Part shown: in pieces, positions 1 through 10,550 of the stretch | Layout: the number at the start of each line of letters is the position of its first letter | How positions within the stretch are numbered: position 1 is the first letter of the stretch | Source of the DNA: Macrostomum lignano | Taxonomy: Eukaryota | Direction: 5' to 3' | Assembly: GCA_002269645.1 (NCBI GenBank) | Contig: NIVC01005194.1 | Span: forward strand, 1 to 22,241 | DNA length: 22,241 bases | Program-made: the position numbers and the translations under genes | The notes under the pieces: model-generated | Told to the model about the DNA's origin: nothing | Databases searched by the model: none | Seen by the model: the letters and a program-made list of their open reading frames with translations, nothing else

Positions 1-1530
1 CAGTAATCAGGGCAGTTATTTAGAACTGTATTACAGTAATCAGGGCAGTTATTAGACTGTATTACAGTAATCAGGGCAGTTATTAGAACTGTATTACAGT
101 AATGCGGGCAGTTATTAGGACTGTATTACAGTAATCAGGGCAGTTATTAGAACTGTATTACAGTAATCAGGGCAGTTATTAGAACTGTATTACAGTAATC
201 AGGGCAGTTATTAGAACTGTATTACAGTAATCAGGGCAGTTATTAGAACTGTATTACAGTAATCAGGGCAGTTATTAGAACTGTATTACAGTAATCAGGG
301 CAGTTATTATGACTGTATTACAGTAATCAGGGCAGTTATTAGAACTGTTATTACAGTAATCAGGGCAGTTATTAGAAACTGTATTACAGTAATCAGGCAG
401 TTATTAGAACTGTATTACAGTAATCAGGGCAGTTATTAGAACTGTATTACAGTAATCGGGGCAGTTATTAGGACTGTATTACAGTAATCAGGGCAGTTAT
501 TAGAACTGTATTACAGTAATCAGGGCAGTTATTAGAACTGATTTACAGTAATCAGGGCAGTTATTAGAAACTGTATTATTCGGGCAGTTATTGACTGTAT
601 TACAGTAATCAGGGCAGTTATTAGAACTGTATTACAGTAATCAGGGCAGTTATTAGAACTGTATTACAGTAATCAGGGCAGTTATTAGAACTGTATTACA
701 GTAATCAGGGCAGTTATTAGAACTGTATTACAGTAATCAGGGCAGTTAGTTATTAGAACTGTATTACAGTAATCAGGGCAGTTATTAGAACTGTATTACA
801 GTAATCAGGGCAGTTATTAGAACTGTATTACAGTAATCAGGGCAGTTATTAGAACTGTATTACAGTAATCAGGGCAGTTATTAGAACTGTATTACAGTAA
901 TCAGGGCAGTTATTAGAACTGTATTACAGTAATCAGGGCAGTTATTAGAACTGTATTACAGTAATCAGGGCAGTTATTAGAACTGTATTACAGTAATCAG
1001 GGCAGTTATTAGAACTGTATTACAGTAATCAGGGCAGTTATTAGACTGTATTACAGTAATCAGGGCAGTTATTAGACTGTATTACAGTAATCAGGGCAGT
1101 TATTAGAACTGTATTACAGTAATCAGGGCAGTTATTAGGATGTATTACAGTAATCAGGGCAGTTATTAGGATGTATTACAGTAATCAGGGCAGTTATTAG
1201 GACTGTATTACAGTAATCAGGGCAGTTATTAGGACTGTATTACAGTAATCAGGGCAGTTATTAGGATGTATTACAGTAATCAGGGCAGTTATTAGGACTG
1301 TATTACAGTAATCAGGGCAGTTATTAGGACTGTATTAGTAATTAGGGCAGTTATTAGGACCATATTACAGTAATCAGGGCAGTTATTAGGACTGTATTAG
1401 TAATTAGGGCAGTTATTAGGACCATATTACAGTAATCAGGGCAGTTATTAGGACTGTATTAGTAATTAGGGCAGTTATTAGGACCATATTACAGTAATCA
1501 GGGCGATTTTTTATTAGGACTGTATTATAG
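1..1530. repeat. 32-bp tandem satellite/minisatellite (about 47 copies, runs off the window start) in SFSWAP intron 2
   Basis: Unit CAGTAATCAGGGCAGTTATTAGAACTGTATTA repeated head-to-tail with no spacers. Variants AGGA(C)TGT appear from about 1135, and a 30+32 bp dimer repeats three times at 1321-1504. Confidence 0.98.
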
Positions 1531-1653
1531 TCAGACTAAGTCTTGGACAAGTACATGTAAAATACATTTTGCAAGGATTTTAGGAATGAACTTTAAAAAA
1601 TGCCCTTTAAAAAAGCACATGAATATTATATATAAACTCATAAGCAGTCTCAC

Positions 1654-1825
1654 CCTCCAAAAGTTGATAATGTTGCCAGTTCTCATCGAGTTCCAAATAT
1701 CGTTCTTTCTCACACTCGGCTTCAATATCAGCATCCTCAGCTGCTTGTGTTTGGCTAGCATTATTGGTAGATGCGGTAGTTGAATGCCACCAGGCAGTTC
1801 TGTTAGACAGCCGCGAACATCAAAC
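1654..1825 (-). CDS. SFSWAP: SFSWAP (suppressor of white-apricot homolog) coding exon 2, second half of the DRY_EERY domain; contains a 1-nt frameshift
   Basis: Acceptor GCTAATCTTAG|G at 1826/1825 completes the Arg codon from exon 1 and reads (R)FDVRGCLTELPGG. After a -1 shift it reads STTASTNNASQTQAAEDADIEAECEKERYLELDENW, ending at donor G|GTGAGA (1654/1653). This matches the RYDxRGxL...LCDEERYL motifs of SWAP proteins. Confidence 0.85.
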
Positions 1826-3747
1826 CTAAGATTAGCAAATTAGTAAGCACTGTAATCTATTTATCATTATGAAATTATTTTATACCAGTGAAATTGTTGG
1901 CCTCTATGGCTTATAGATTTTTAATGCATGCTTAAAATTCAATGACAAGTTTAATGGTTTTTGGAAAGTGAAAAATCTTATATATAATTTGACCATAACC
2001 TTTTTTGTAAATAATTTTATGTATGTATAATCATGACATGAAGCTATATAGAGATGAAAGAGTGCAGCTAGGATCTTATATTAAGTATCAATACTTCAAG
2101 CATAAACAATTGCAACATAAAATATTTATTATTAGACAAAAAAACAAAAGCACATATTTTTTCAGTATATTTAAGATTGCCAATACTATATCTTTATTAT
2201 ACTTAACCTTAGCAATAATTATGAAATAGTGCACCTTTTTCTATAATACTATATATCCTTCTAGTATATTTTTGCTACAATTACAACCTAATACTTCTTA
2301 GAAAATACTGTATTCAAATGTCCACTAAAATATTTTGTTTTAATTTTTGTGATACAAATTAATATTTTGCAAATAAGGTCTCTTCAGGGGGTTTTGATAG
2401 TGATGATTTCAAATTTGAGCTTCATTTTTGGTAGCTTAAACCCAACCACAGGGCATGGGGAATGGGGGGTTTTAGGATGGGAGATTCTTTATGGAGGTTG
2501 AAAGAAACTAACAACCTTTAGTGGTAGCAATTGAGATTTAAAGATAGAAGTTTGGTCCTTTGTCAACTTGGTGATAGCCATAGAATTATTTTGATAAAAC
2601 AGAAGCTTATACCTTTTGTGATAGGGATGAGCTTCCTTCTATTAATATCTACTAATTAGCCACCAAAGTTGTAACAGGCATGATTGCTTTCACTGAAATT
2701 ATCCCACCGCTGACACCAAAGTTGTCAAAGGGGCTGACCTTCTGTCTTTATAAATAATCTCACAATGCCACTAGCTGTTACAGGGCTAATTTTTATACTT
2801 AATTTAATTAATGTATTTTTGCACAAATGTACTTACACTTTTGGTAGCGTGACTCCTCTATCTAATTCTATATTGGTAGCATTTACTTATCTTATTGTAG
2901 CATCTGAAAAATGTACTGTACTCTTTGGCCTGAGAAGTCTAATAGCACTGTCTACTCTATTTACTCATATAAGTTTTCTCTCAGTCCTAGGCCTTCCCTG
3001 AATCAGAGGGTCACAGCCTTATGCATTTTCCCTGCCCTGAGGCGATTCTCGCTTTTAGCGGTTTCTGATACTTCCAATGTTTGGAGTTTTACTATAGAAA
3101 TGAATAAGCCTTTCTGAACACAAGCAAATTTAATGAGAATGATTATAATAACTTTGGAATATTTTCAAAAATAACAACAGTTAAACAAAATTTGCATTAA
3201 TTTGAATATGCAAGTTTCTAAGAAAGTATAACAAAATATAAAGTATTAATTGTGCATAAAAAGAGACTATCATTTTTTACTTAACACAGGCACTACCTCA
3301 CTTTGATAATTAGTTAAATATTCAACATCTTAAATATTTATTGTCATATAAGGTTTAATTTTCTAGTTTAAGCATATTATACTTGGTTTAAACTTGCATG
3401 TTAACTTTGTGAAAATTTGAAGGCAAAGAAAATTAAGCAAAAATCAAAATGCATTCTATTTTTTAAAATTTTTAGAAATTTTAAATTACTAACTCATAAC
3501 TTCTAATGTATACAATATTTGGTCAATTATAGGATGTCTTTGGTGCATGCATTTGGTACAACTAGAAAATAAAAAATATAGGTTAAAAACACTTTTAAAC
3601 AAATTAAACAAATAGTTTTTTGCATCAATTAAAATCTCTTGAAGTATGCAAGAATGTATCTTAATTATTTTTTGTCTTTTTTGTTCAAATTCATTTGCAT
3701 TCTATTGAAATATTTCAATCAATATATGTTGTCATTCTCACTTGTTG

Positions 3748-4114
3748 TTTTTTTATTAGAGGCAGGGAGGTTGTCTGCACCCTGGGGCACTTTGAGCGGC
3801 ATTGTCACACAACTGGCGAGATGCATTACTGCCCATTCCGCTGACTCCCCTGAGCAGGCACAGAGGCAAACAAGTGCGCAGATACGTACGCAGGCACACA
3901 CTCACACAAGAGTGTACAGCGGCCCTAACTTTATTTTATTATTAGGCATGTACACTTCACTGCACCTTGGAAGTTGGCTTTCAAGGCCATTAATTGCATG
4001 AGCAGAGCCAAGCCAAGATTCCAATTCAGCCCCAAATTAATGTGACTGCACTTGGAATCGAGCCTAGGTCGCTGGCACACCAGAGCCTGCGCTAAACCAC
4101 TCGGCTACGACCCC
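3748..4114 (-). mobile_element. tRNA-derived SINE, copy A (about 365 bp)
   Basis: The minus strand starts GGGGTCGTAGCCGAGTGGTTTAGCGC (A box) and contains GGCTCGATTCC (B box), ending in an A-rich tail. A 9-bp target-site duplication TCACTTGTT lies at 3738-3746 and 4117-4125. Colinear with the copy at 8939-9298. Confidence 0.9.
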
Positions 4115-4394
4115 TTTCACTTGTTACTGAATTGGCTATTATCAAAATGACTGTTACTGAATTGGTTATGCTTTGTTACCAAAGTAGACTAACTATAATT
4201 TAGATGGTAAATAGTCTAGAATCCTAAACCTAAAAAAGGCCAAAATTCAAAAATGCCTAATACTAATAATAGGCTTTTGACTTAGTTTCATTATTAATAA
4301 TAGATATTTTAATGATAGGCTCTTGGTTTTTTGGGAAGATTAAGTTAAAAGATTTTATTGTTAGTTAGAGTCAAATGATATAATAATTAATAAT

Positions 4395-5112
4395 GGAAAC
4401 CCTTATTTAGCCAGCACTGGCCGAATAAGTTTGCTACTATTTAGCCAGCAGTCCTGTCCCACTGCCAGTCAAAAAGGCTTGTTACTATTTAGCCGGCAGT
4501 CCTGCTCCACTGCCGGTCAAATAAGCTTGTCACTATTAAGCCGGCAATCCTGGCCCCCAATGGCCATGCCATTATATATATTTATTCGAGATATTCAAAC
4601 TTTGGGTAATACAAAGTAGGTACAACGAATATAAATCAATGCAGATTCAGTACAATTTATTACTTGCCTTCAAGTTTGTTTAACTGTTTTTGGAAGTCTT
4701 GCATATTCCGGAAATTATTTGAAGCATTAGAAGACACATAAACGAAAAAAAGTTAATTATGCATGTTTTACTTTCACTTTAATCTCTGAATCAAAACCAC
4801 TCATTAAAGCCAAAAACCACTGCAAACACCTTTAACTAAGAACTCTAAAATTGTAGTATAAATAATTAGCTTGTAGTATGTTAAATTATTAACTTAAGGT
4901 CATGACGAGCAGTGCGCAGTTATAAAATGTATAAATGTATTTTGACCAGCATGTCCATTGGGGGCCAGGATTGCCGGCTAAATAGTGACAAGCTTATTTG
5001 ACCAGCAGTAGTGGGGCAAGACTGGCGGCTAAATAGTGACGCGATTATTTGACTGGTGCTGGCTAAATAGTAGCGAACTTATTCGACCGGTGTCGGCTAA
5101 ATAGGCACTGCC
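4395..5112. mobile_element. Non-autonomous foldback/MITE DNA transposon with about 170-bp terminal inverted repeats
   Basis: 4395-4568 and 4950-5112 are imperfect inverted repeats built from 48-bp subrepeats (ACTATTTAGCCRGCAGTCCTG...). Termini read AT|GG...CC|AT around a non-coding AT-rich core. Confidence 0.85.
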
Positions 5113-5521
5113 ATTATGCATTAATAATATTTAAAAAACTTTTTATAAAAATACATACACTAAGTATATTTTTATAAAACTATAAGTTTAAAATATTAGA
5201 ATATTTCAAATTTGAAAACTATTATTTATAATTAATTATAATTCTTATTTAAAGTAGATAAGATACTTATCATTTTCAAATAATCTAGGTTGTATATTGT
5301 ACTTAGTGATATCAAGCCTATCTATATCTATATACTTAGAATTTACAGGATTTAGCTTTTGCAATGGTCGGCTTATATGGCAAATTGGTTAATTTAGATA
5401 GACCAATGCTATAATAATATAATATAGGTTTAGCTAGATAAAAGGGTTCTTAAGTTAAGAAATAAATCAATTTAATATGAATGCTACAATTGATAGGGTA
5501 ATATTTTAAAATAATACTTAC

Positions 5522-5718
5522 CTATCAATTAAAATTTCTTGATCAGCAGTCCAAGGAATTAAATATTTTCCAGAGTTAATTTCAATGTACTTTTGACTAT
5601 CATGATAAATGTTGCAGGAATAGCCTTGTAGAAACAACTTTGAAAACTCATCTTCGTCCTCATCGTCATCATCATATTCTGAGAAGAATCGAAATGCCCC
5701 ATTCGATCCTCCAGCCAT
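5522..5718 (-). CDS. SFSWAP: SFSWAP coding exon 1, first half of the DRY_EERY domain
   Basis: MAGGSNGAFRFFSEYDDDDEDEDEFSKLFLQGYSCNIYHDSQKYIEINSGKYLIPWTADQEILID(R) matches the SWAP pattern LLVFGYACKLFRDD...GxxLIPWxGDxxILIDRYD. It ends at a strong donor AG|GTAAGT (5522/5521) in phase 2, compatible with exon 2. GYxC, LIPW and the short acidic N-terminus favour SFSWAP over CLASRP. Confidence 0.9.
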
Positions 5719-6263
5719 CCTTATTCCTCACGCTTAGGCCTAGTCTAAAGCAATCGAAAATTCGCAATCGACACGACAGTTGGTTAGCAAAAACAGTGGT
5801 AAGGTTGAATTATGGATTAACAATAACAAGTCGTGTCTGTGGTATCGAACGCTTGAAAACTCAGATTTCTATGTCTAAAAAGACAAAAAAATTGAAAAAA
5901 ATTCACACTCTTTACACAATAAGACAATGTAATTTTAAGTTTAAAGATAACTTCTTAATCACACACGGAAAGATCCAGCGACAGCGTGTGTAACTGGTCC
6001 GGCAAATGTTTTCTGAGAAACGTGAGACCACTTAAATTTGTGCGAAAATGCTTCGTAGTAATAACTTTACTAGTTTCGAACCACTCCTAAAAACAATCAA
6101 ACAGAACATTCTCTGCTTTTGTCAGTCAGTTTTTACCCAGATCCAAGGCTCCAAGACATATAGGTGTTGAAATGTTGATTTTTTAATTAAGTTGCAAAGA
6201 TTCATCTTTTGATCGTTTGCAGATACTGACAACAATAACAACATGCAGCAACAACAACAAAAA

Positions 6264-6640
6264 TTAACAGTCAGAGTCAGGACTCCGAGGTGTGCCTAAT
6301 GGACGCACTGGAGCGACCCGGCGGGGCGTCACCACGGGGGCGTTGCGCGCTAGGCGGAAGAGGTCGGAGTTGACGTCAAGATTGAAGCAGGTGTCCTCCC
6401 AGTGCAGCCGCTTCGCCCAGGGCGATGGTGCTGCGGAGGTGGGTGCGCGTCTGTTGAAGAGCGGCAACGTTCTGCTCCGTGGCGTCGAGTTCGGCACAGC
6501 TGCGAGCAGATTGACAAGCCCTCTGGGCGGCGTCGCAGTCGCTGTTCCAGAAGGACTTGAAGGCGCCGCGGCGACAGCCCCGCGAGATAGCGTGGGACGC
6601 GGGCGCGCAGGATGTCTGCCACAGTAGTCTGGCCCACACA
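6264..6640 (-). mobile_element. Inverted 5' segment of the non-LTR retrotransposon (endonuclease-RT linker)
   Basis: Minus-strand frames give FWNSDCDAAQRAC...LQQTRTHLRSTI and AKRLHWEDTCFNLDVNSDLFRLARN. These are the PWWxxxC and AKxxxWxxxCxxL linker motifs that normally precede RT domain 0 in APE-type LINEs. Confidence 0.7.
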
Positions 6641-8372
6641 CGCATCGCCTCCACTAATCAGGAAAAGGCCGAGCTTTGCGCCACCATCTGCGCCTCCGAG
6701 TCCAAACTCGAGCCCGGCCCAACGACCGTATAAACACGCGCAGCGAAGCCTGCAACGCTTTCCTAGAGCTTGCCGCGCCACTGAAAGCCGCCTCGACATC
6801 GAAAAGGACTTCTCACAGGCCGAACTCAAAAACGCTATGAAACGTCTCAATTCAGGCAAGTGCGCGAGCCCCGACGGGATCTGTATAAACGAGATGCTAA
6901 AACAGCTCCATGCTACCGCCGAGGGTCGCCTTCTGGACCTGATTAAGAAGTCTGCAAAGGCCAGCCAGTGCCTTCCGGATGGACAACCATCGTCCCGATC
7001 CCAAAGAAAGGAAATGAACCCGGCAAGCCGACGTCCTACAGGCCAATCGCGCTCACCAGCTGCAATTGCCAAGCTCACCGAGTGCCTCGTCCAACAACGC
7101 CTGTCCTACTGGCTGGAATCCAACGGCGTCCTTACGCCCAACCAGGCTCGACCAGGACCTCGGTATTCCCGCACGCTTTGTGTTCTGGATCCATCGCTTC
7201 TTGAGCCACCGCCGCACGAGGGTCAAATGGGTCAACGGGCCAGTCGCGAGCGGGTCTTTGAGGACGGCCTCCCCCAGGGTAGCGTCCTAGACCCCTTCTC
7301 TGGCTCATTTTCGCGAACGACCTCCCGGCCGCCATCAGGACCGCTATCCCGGACTGCGGCATCAACTTGTTCGCCGATGACAGTAGCTTCCTCGCCACCC
7401 ACCGCTGCCTCACCGACTGCACCGGCATCATCCAACCAGCCCTCGATGCCACGGCGGCTTGGTGCGCCCGATGGAAGGTTCGAATTCTTCTTAGTTACGA
7501 CAAATATGAGTACTCGACCTTCACCCTCTGTCCGTCTGAAACAAACGACTCAAGATTAGCGGCCATGACATCGCCTTCAACCAGAACCCCCGCCTGCTTG
7601 GCGTCACCCTTGATGGCCAACTCAACTTCCCAAGCACGGCTAGGAAGTTCGCCGGCGGATGACCCAGCGCCGCAGCGCCCTCAACGCCTTAGCTCACCGC
7701 AGTACCGGCGAGGACACGTACCAGAGTCCTGCACACAGCCTACATTGCTACCATCCGGGTCTGTGCCGACATGGCAGTGCGGTCTGGGCTAACGGGGCCG
7801 CCCCAGGACTCGACACGGCATCGAAAGCCAGCAAGCGATCTGTGCGCGGCTGATCGCATCTTTAGTCATCTTTGGCTCTACTCCGTGGAAGCTATCTACC
7901 TGGAGGCGAATTTCCACCCAATCAGTCTCGAAGCCCGAAGATGGGCCCTGATGGCCTAAGAGAAAGCGTCCTGCCGCCTCATCGACCCGTTTCGGCAAAT
8001 CTGCGACAGGCACCTGAACATCCGTCTGGCGGCTAACAAAGGCCTTCTTCGCGAACAAGCCAGAGCCTGCTGCGATGCCATGATCGCTCCGCCTCGTCTG
8101 TTTTTCCTCTCATCCACCATCCTCCTTCGGATTCTCTTATCGATTGTGGAGTCCATCTGCATGTTTACAAAGCTCCCAGAGTTCGATGGCATCCGTGGCA
8201 GTGCTCTCCGCCATTGAGCTGCGCTGCCCCGACTCGGCCCTCTACTTCACCGATGGCTCCGTCTCCGGTGGTATCCCTAACGGTGGGTCGGTTTGGATCC
8301 TGCTGCATAAAGAAAACGGCTGGATTAGCTGCTGTGGCCACGCTGCCATCGGCCGATGGTGCAATTCTTTTT
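6640..8372 (+). mobile_element. Degenerate I-group (I/Nimb/Ingi-like) non-LTR retrotransposon ORF2 fragment: reverse transcriptase plus N-terminal RNase H
   Basis: Ordered motifs across shifting frames: TNQEKAELCA, FSQAELKNAMKRLNSGKCASPDGICINEMLK, TIVPIPKKG...SYRPIALTS, LTECLVQQRLSYWLESNGVLTPNQA, GLPQGSVL, INLFADD, WCARWKVRI, PRLLGVTLDGQLNF, HGSAVW, and RNase H YFTDGS...CNSF. There are many frameshifts, RT domain 3 is missing and no 3' tail is present. Confidence 0.92.
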
Positions 8373-8618
8373 CTCCACCGTCTCCTCCTCCATCAAACAG
8401 CGCCTGACCTCGATCGCCATCAGAGTTGTCCTTCCTTTTGTTTGCTTTGCCGTTCCATCTGGAGCCGCAGCCTCCTGGGTTGGCGCTGTTCTCGCGGGCG
8501 TTCGTGTCTTGATAGCCAGCCTATCCGTTGGCTCGATCCTCCGTGATCGCGGAGCTCTGCCGACCAGAGGTCGATTCGGTGGCGTCGGTCCCGTTCTCTC
8601 CGCCCTGTCCGGGGCGTC
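8372..8618 (-). pseudogene. Secreted PAN/Gly-rich protein gene, last visible exon (continuation of the ALK/LTK-type glycine-rich domain), truncated
   Basis: Acceptor CTAATCAACAG| at 8619/8618 is phase-compatible with the 9574 donor. It reads (G)RPGQGGENGTDATES...ANG*AGYQ...GGCGSRWNGK...GQALFDGGGDGG, with an in-frame TAG at 8521-8523, and abuts the LINE RNase H at about 8372. Confidence 0.55.
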
Positions 8619-8938
8619 CTGTTGATTAGTTTTTTTTTGGGGGGGGGGAGGGTTGCCACGTAGGAATGAAATAGATAGATAAATGAAAAAACCTCCATAT
8701 AAGGGCCTTGTAAAACCGAAAGCGCAAGACACCCCTGCTGACATCATGCAACCTTTCCAGCCTAATTTATATCAGCTTCCCCTCTTTTGAGTCTTGGCAT
8801 TTCAGCATTCTAGTACAGGGGGCATCGGGATCCCAGTAACGATCTTTAATATACAACAATCTGACGTTTCTAAACTCCTCGCGATGAAAGTAGGCACTTC
8901 TCGAAAAACGGTCTCTGCTTAATTGTTCATGATGATGA

Positions 8939-9298
8939 GGGGGGCCGTAGCCCAGCAGTAGCGCAGCTGCTCTGGTGTGCCAGCGACCCAGGCTCGATTC
9001 CAAGTGCAGTCACATTAATTTGGGGCTGAATTGGAATCTCGGCTTGGCTCTGCTCGTGCAATTAACGGCCTTGAGAGCCAACCCCCCAAGGCGCAGTGAA
9101 GTGTACATGCCTAACGATAATATAAAGTTAGGGCCGCTGTACACTCCTGTGTGAGTGTGTGCCTGCGTACGTATCCGCTCGCTTGTATGCCTGCTCAGGG
9201 GAGTCGGCGGAATGGGCAGTAATGCCTCTCGCCGGTTGTGTGCCTATGTCGCTTAAAGTGCGCCAGGGTGCACACAACCCCCCTGCCTCTAAAAAAAA
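8939..9298 (+). mobile_element. tRNA-derived SINE, copy B, in an intron of the Gly-rich gene
   Basis: GGGGCCGTAGCCCAGCAGTAGCGC head, GGCTCGATTCC B box and poly(A) end. A 12-bp target-site duplication AATTGTTCATGA lies at 8921-8932 and 9297-9308. Colinear with copy A. Confidence 0.92.
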
Positions 9299-9573
9299 TT
9301 GTTCATGAGCTACGAGGCAATTACTCTCAAGCATGGAAACAATGAATACTCTCTGTCCTGCAATCACATTCGATCGCAAAAAGATTTACTTATAAGCTCG
9401 TATGTGCTAATAGCGATGATTACATTATTAGCTCGGCACCAACTCTAAAAAACGAGTAAATCTGTCTTGTCTACGAGCGTATTGTCGTATACTTTCTCTA
9501 CGGTAGAACCAAATAGACAGCCAAAGAGTTTCAGCATGTTAAAGATTTGCTGTGGCCTACAAAACTTTCTCAC

Positions 9574-9882
9574 CATCAAAGCTTCTAGAAGCTCCACCAC
9601 CGACGCCAGCAGCGTTTAACAGTTCTGAGCCAGAGTACACAAAACTGCCGCCGCTTCCGCCGCAGCCTCCATAAGAACGATTGGTTGTGCCGGCCGCCTG
9701 TCCAACACCGATTTTTAGAGTGTCTCCATTTTTCCAAGGCGAAATATATCCAGTAGACAAGGCTCCTCTGCCGCCGAGCTTGCCAGTATTGAGGTTGCTG
9801 CCGCCGCTGACCTCGATACTGTAGCAGCCAGTCATCGTGATGGTCAGCTGCTGCACTGAACCGCGTCTTCCCGTGCTGGCTT
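9574..9882 (-). pseudogene. Secreted PAN/Gly-rich protein gene, exon encoding an ALK/LTK-type glycine-rich domain (309 bp, phase 1-1, open)
   Basis: Runs from TTTTATTCAG| (9883/9882) to G|GTGAGA (9574/9573). Reads VQQLTITMTGCYSIEVSGG...GGRGALSTG...GDTLKIGVGQ...GGCGGSGGSFVY...LLNAAGVGGG, fitting the QxWTVPxTGxYxIEAxGA...GGxGA...LxIxVGQ...GGGGSFV...AGGGGG consensus of the ALK/LTK glycine-rich domain. Confidence 0.72.
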
Positions 9883-10163
9883 CTGAATAAAATTAAATCG
9901 TGCATAGAAGGCAATTGGGAATCTGCATGTACATGTTATAGTTGGCACTTTGCTGTGTGACGATAGCTATCAACAAGCCAAATAGGATTAACTATATCCA
10001 TACTGATACAAGCACACATACACCGGAAAAGTACGCAAACATAAAGTCTCTCAGAGGAGGGAGAAATATGACTTTCTCTGTACCAGTCTTGTTCGACACC
10101 GTGTCTTCGACTCTCTTGGACCCATACGCTATCGCTTCGATCAAAGAGATCTATAGCACTCAC

Positions 10164-10550
10164 TTCGAAATACGGATGGTGGCTTGAACCGACGCAAAAA
10201 GACCTGGATGTGGAAGTCCTCTCGCCGCCAGGCGCGCAGGCTGGAGTCGTTCAGATCGCGGCTCCCAGCTGCCTGTCGACGCGAGTCTCCTGAGGCCGCT
10301 GGCACAGCGCATTGTCGTGCACTACCAGCTGCTGGCAGAATCTAGTCGATGGTATGAAGACAGCCACCAGGCAGTCACGTGACCGGCAGATAGCGAGGCA
10401 CTCAGAGTCGGAGCACAGGCCGGTGGAGTTGAAAATCTCGCTGCTCGAGGAGGCGTTGAGTTGGACTGGGGCCTCCGTGAGATCGATGGCGGCGCAGCAT
10501 GTCTTACGTCTGAATTTCTGTCTTTAAGGACTTCGCACACTGAGACTAAC
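10164..10550 (-). pseudogene. Secreted PAN/Gly-rich protein gene, exon with a PAN/apple-like cysteine motif; frameshifted
   Basis: GC-rich segment reading CCAAIDLTEAPVQL...CSDSECLAICRSRDCLVAVFIPSTRFCQQL (CxxxCxxxxCxxxxFxxxxxxC). A second frame then ends AWRREDFHIQVFLRRFKPPSVFR at donor A|GTGAGT (10164/10163), phase 1 and compatible with the next exon. The 5' boundary is uncertain. Confidence 0.5.

Noticed and set aside
1-1530. CRISPR-like array
   Set aside because: Units abut directly with no unique spacers, the context is eukaryotic and there are no cas genes; it is a satellite.
2389-3120. GC-elevated, nearly CpG-free segment in SFSWAP intron 1, possibly a decayed transposase
   Set aside because: The best minus frame has several stops and no motif I recognise. 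It is probably an old repeat but cannot be supported without a database search.
4431-4619. Repetitive 62-aa ORF (LLLFSQQSC...)
   Set aside because: Translation of the 48-bp MITE subrepeats.
8939-9012. Functional tRNA gene
   Set aside because: Has A and B boxes but no complete cloverleaf or 3' acceptor stem that I can fold, and continues into a SINE body with a tail and target duplication.
3639-9379. Similar peptides in ORFs 3639-4001 and 9128-9379 suggesting a duplicated small gene
   Set aside because: Both are antisense translations of the two SINE copies.
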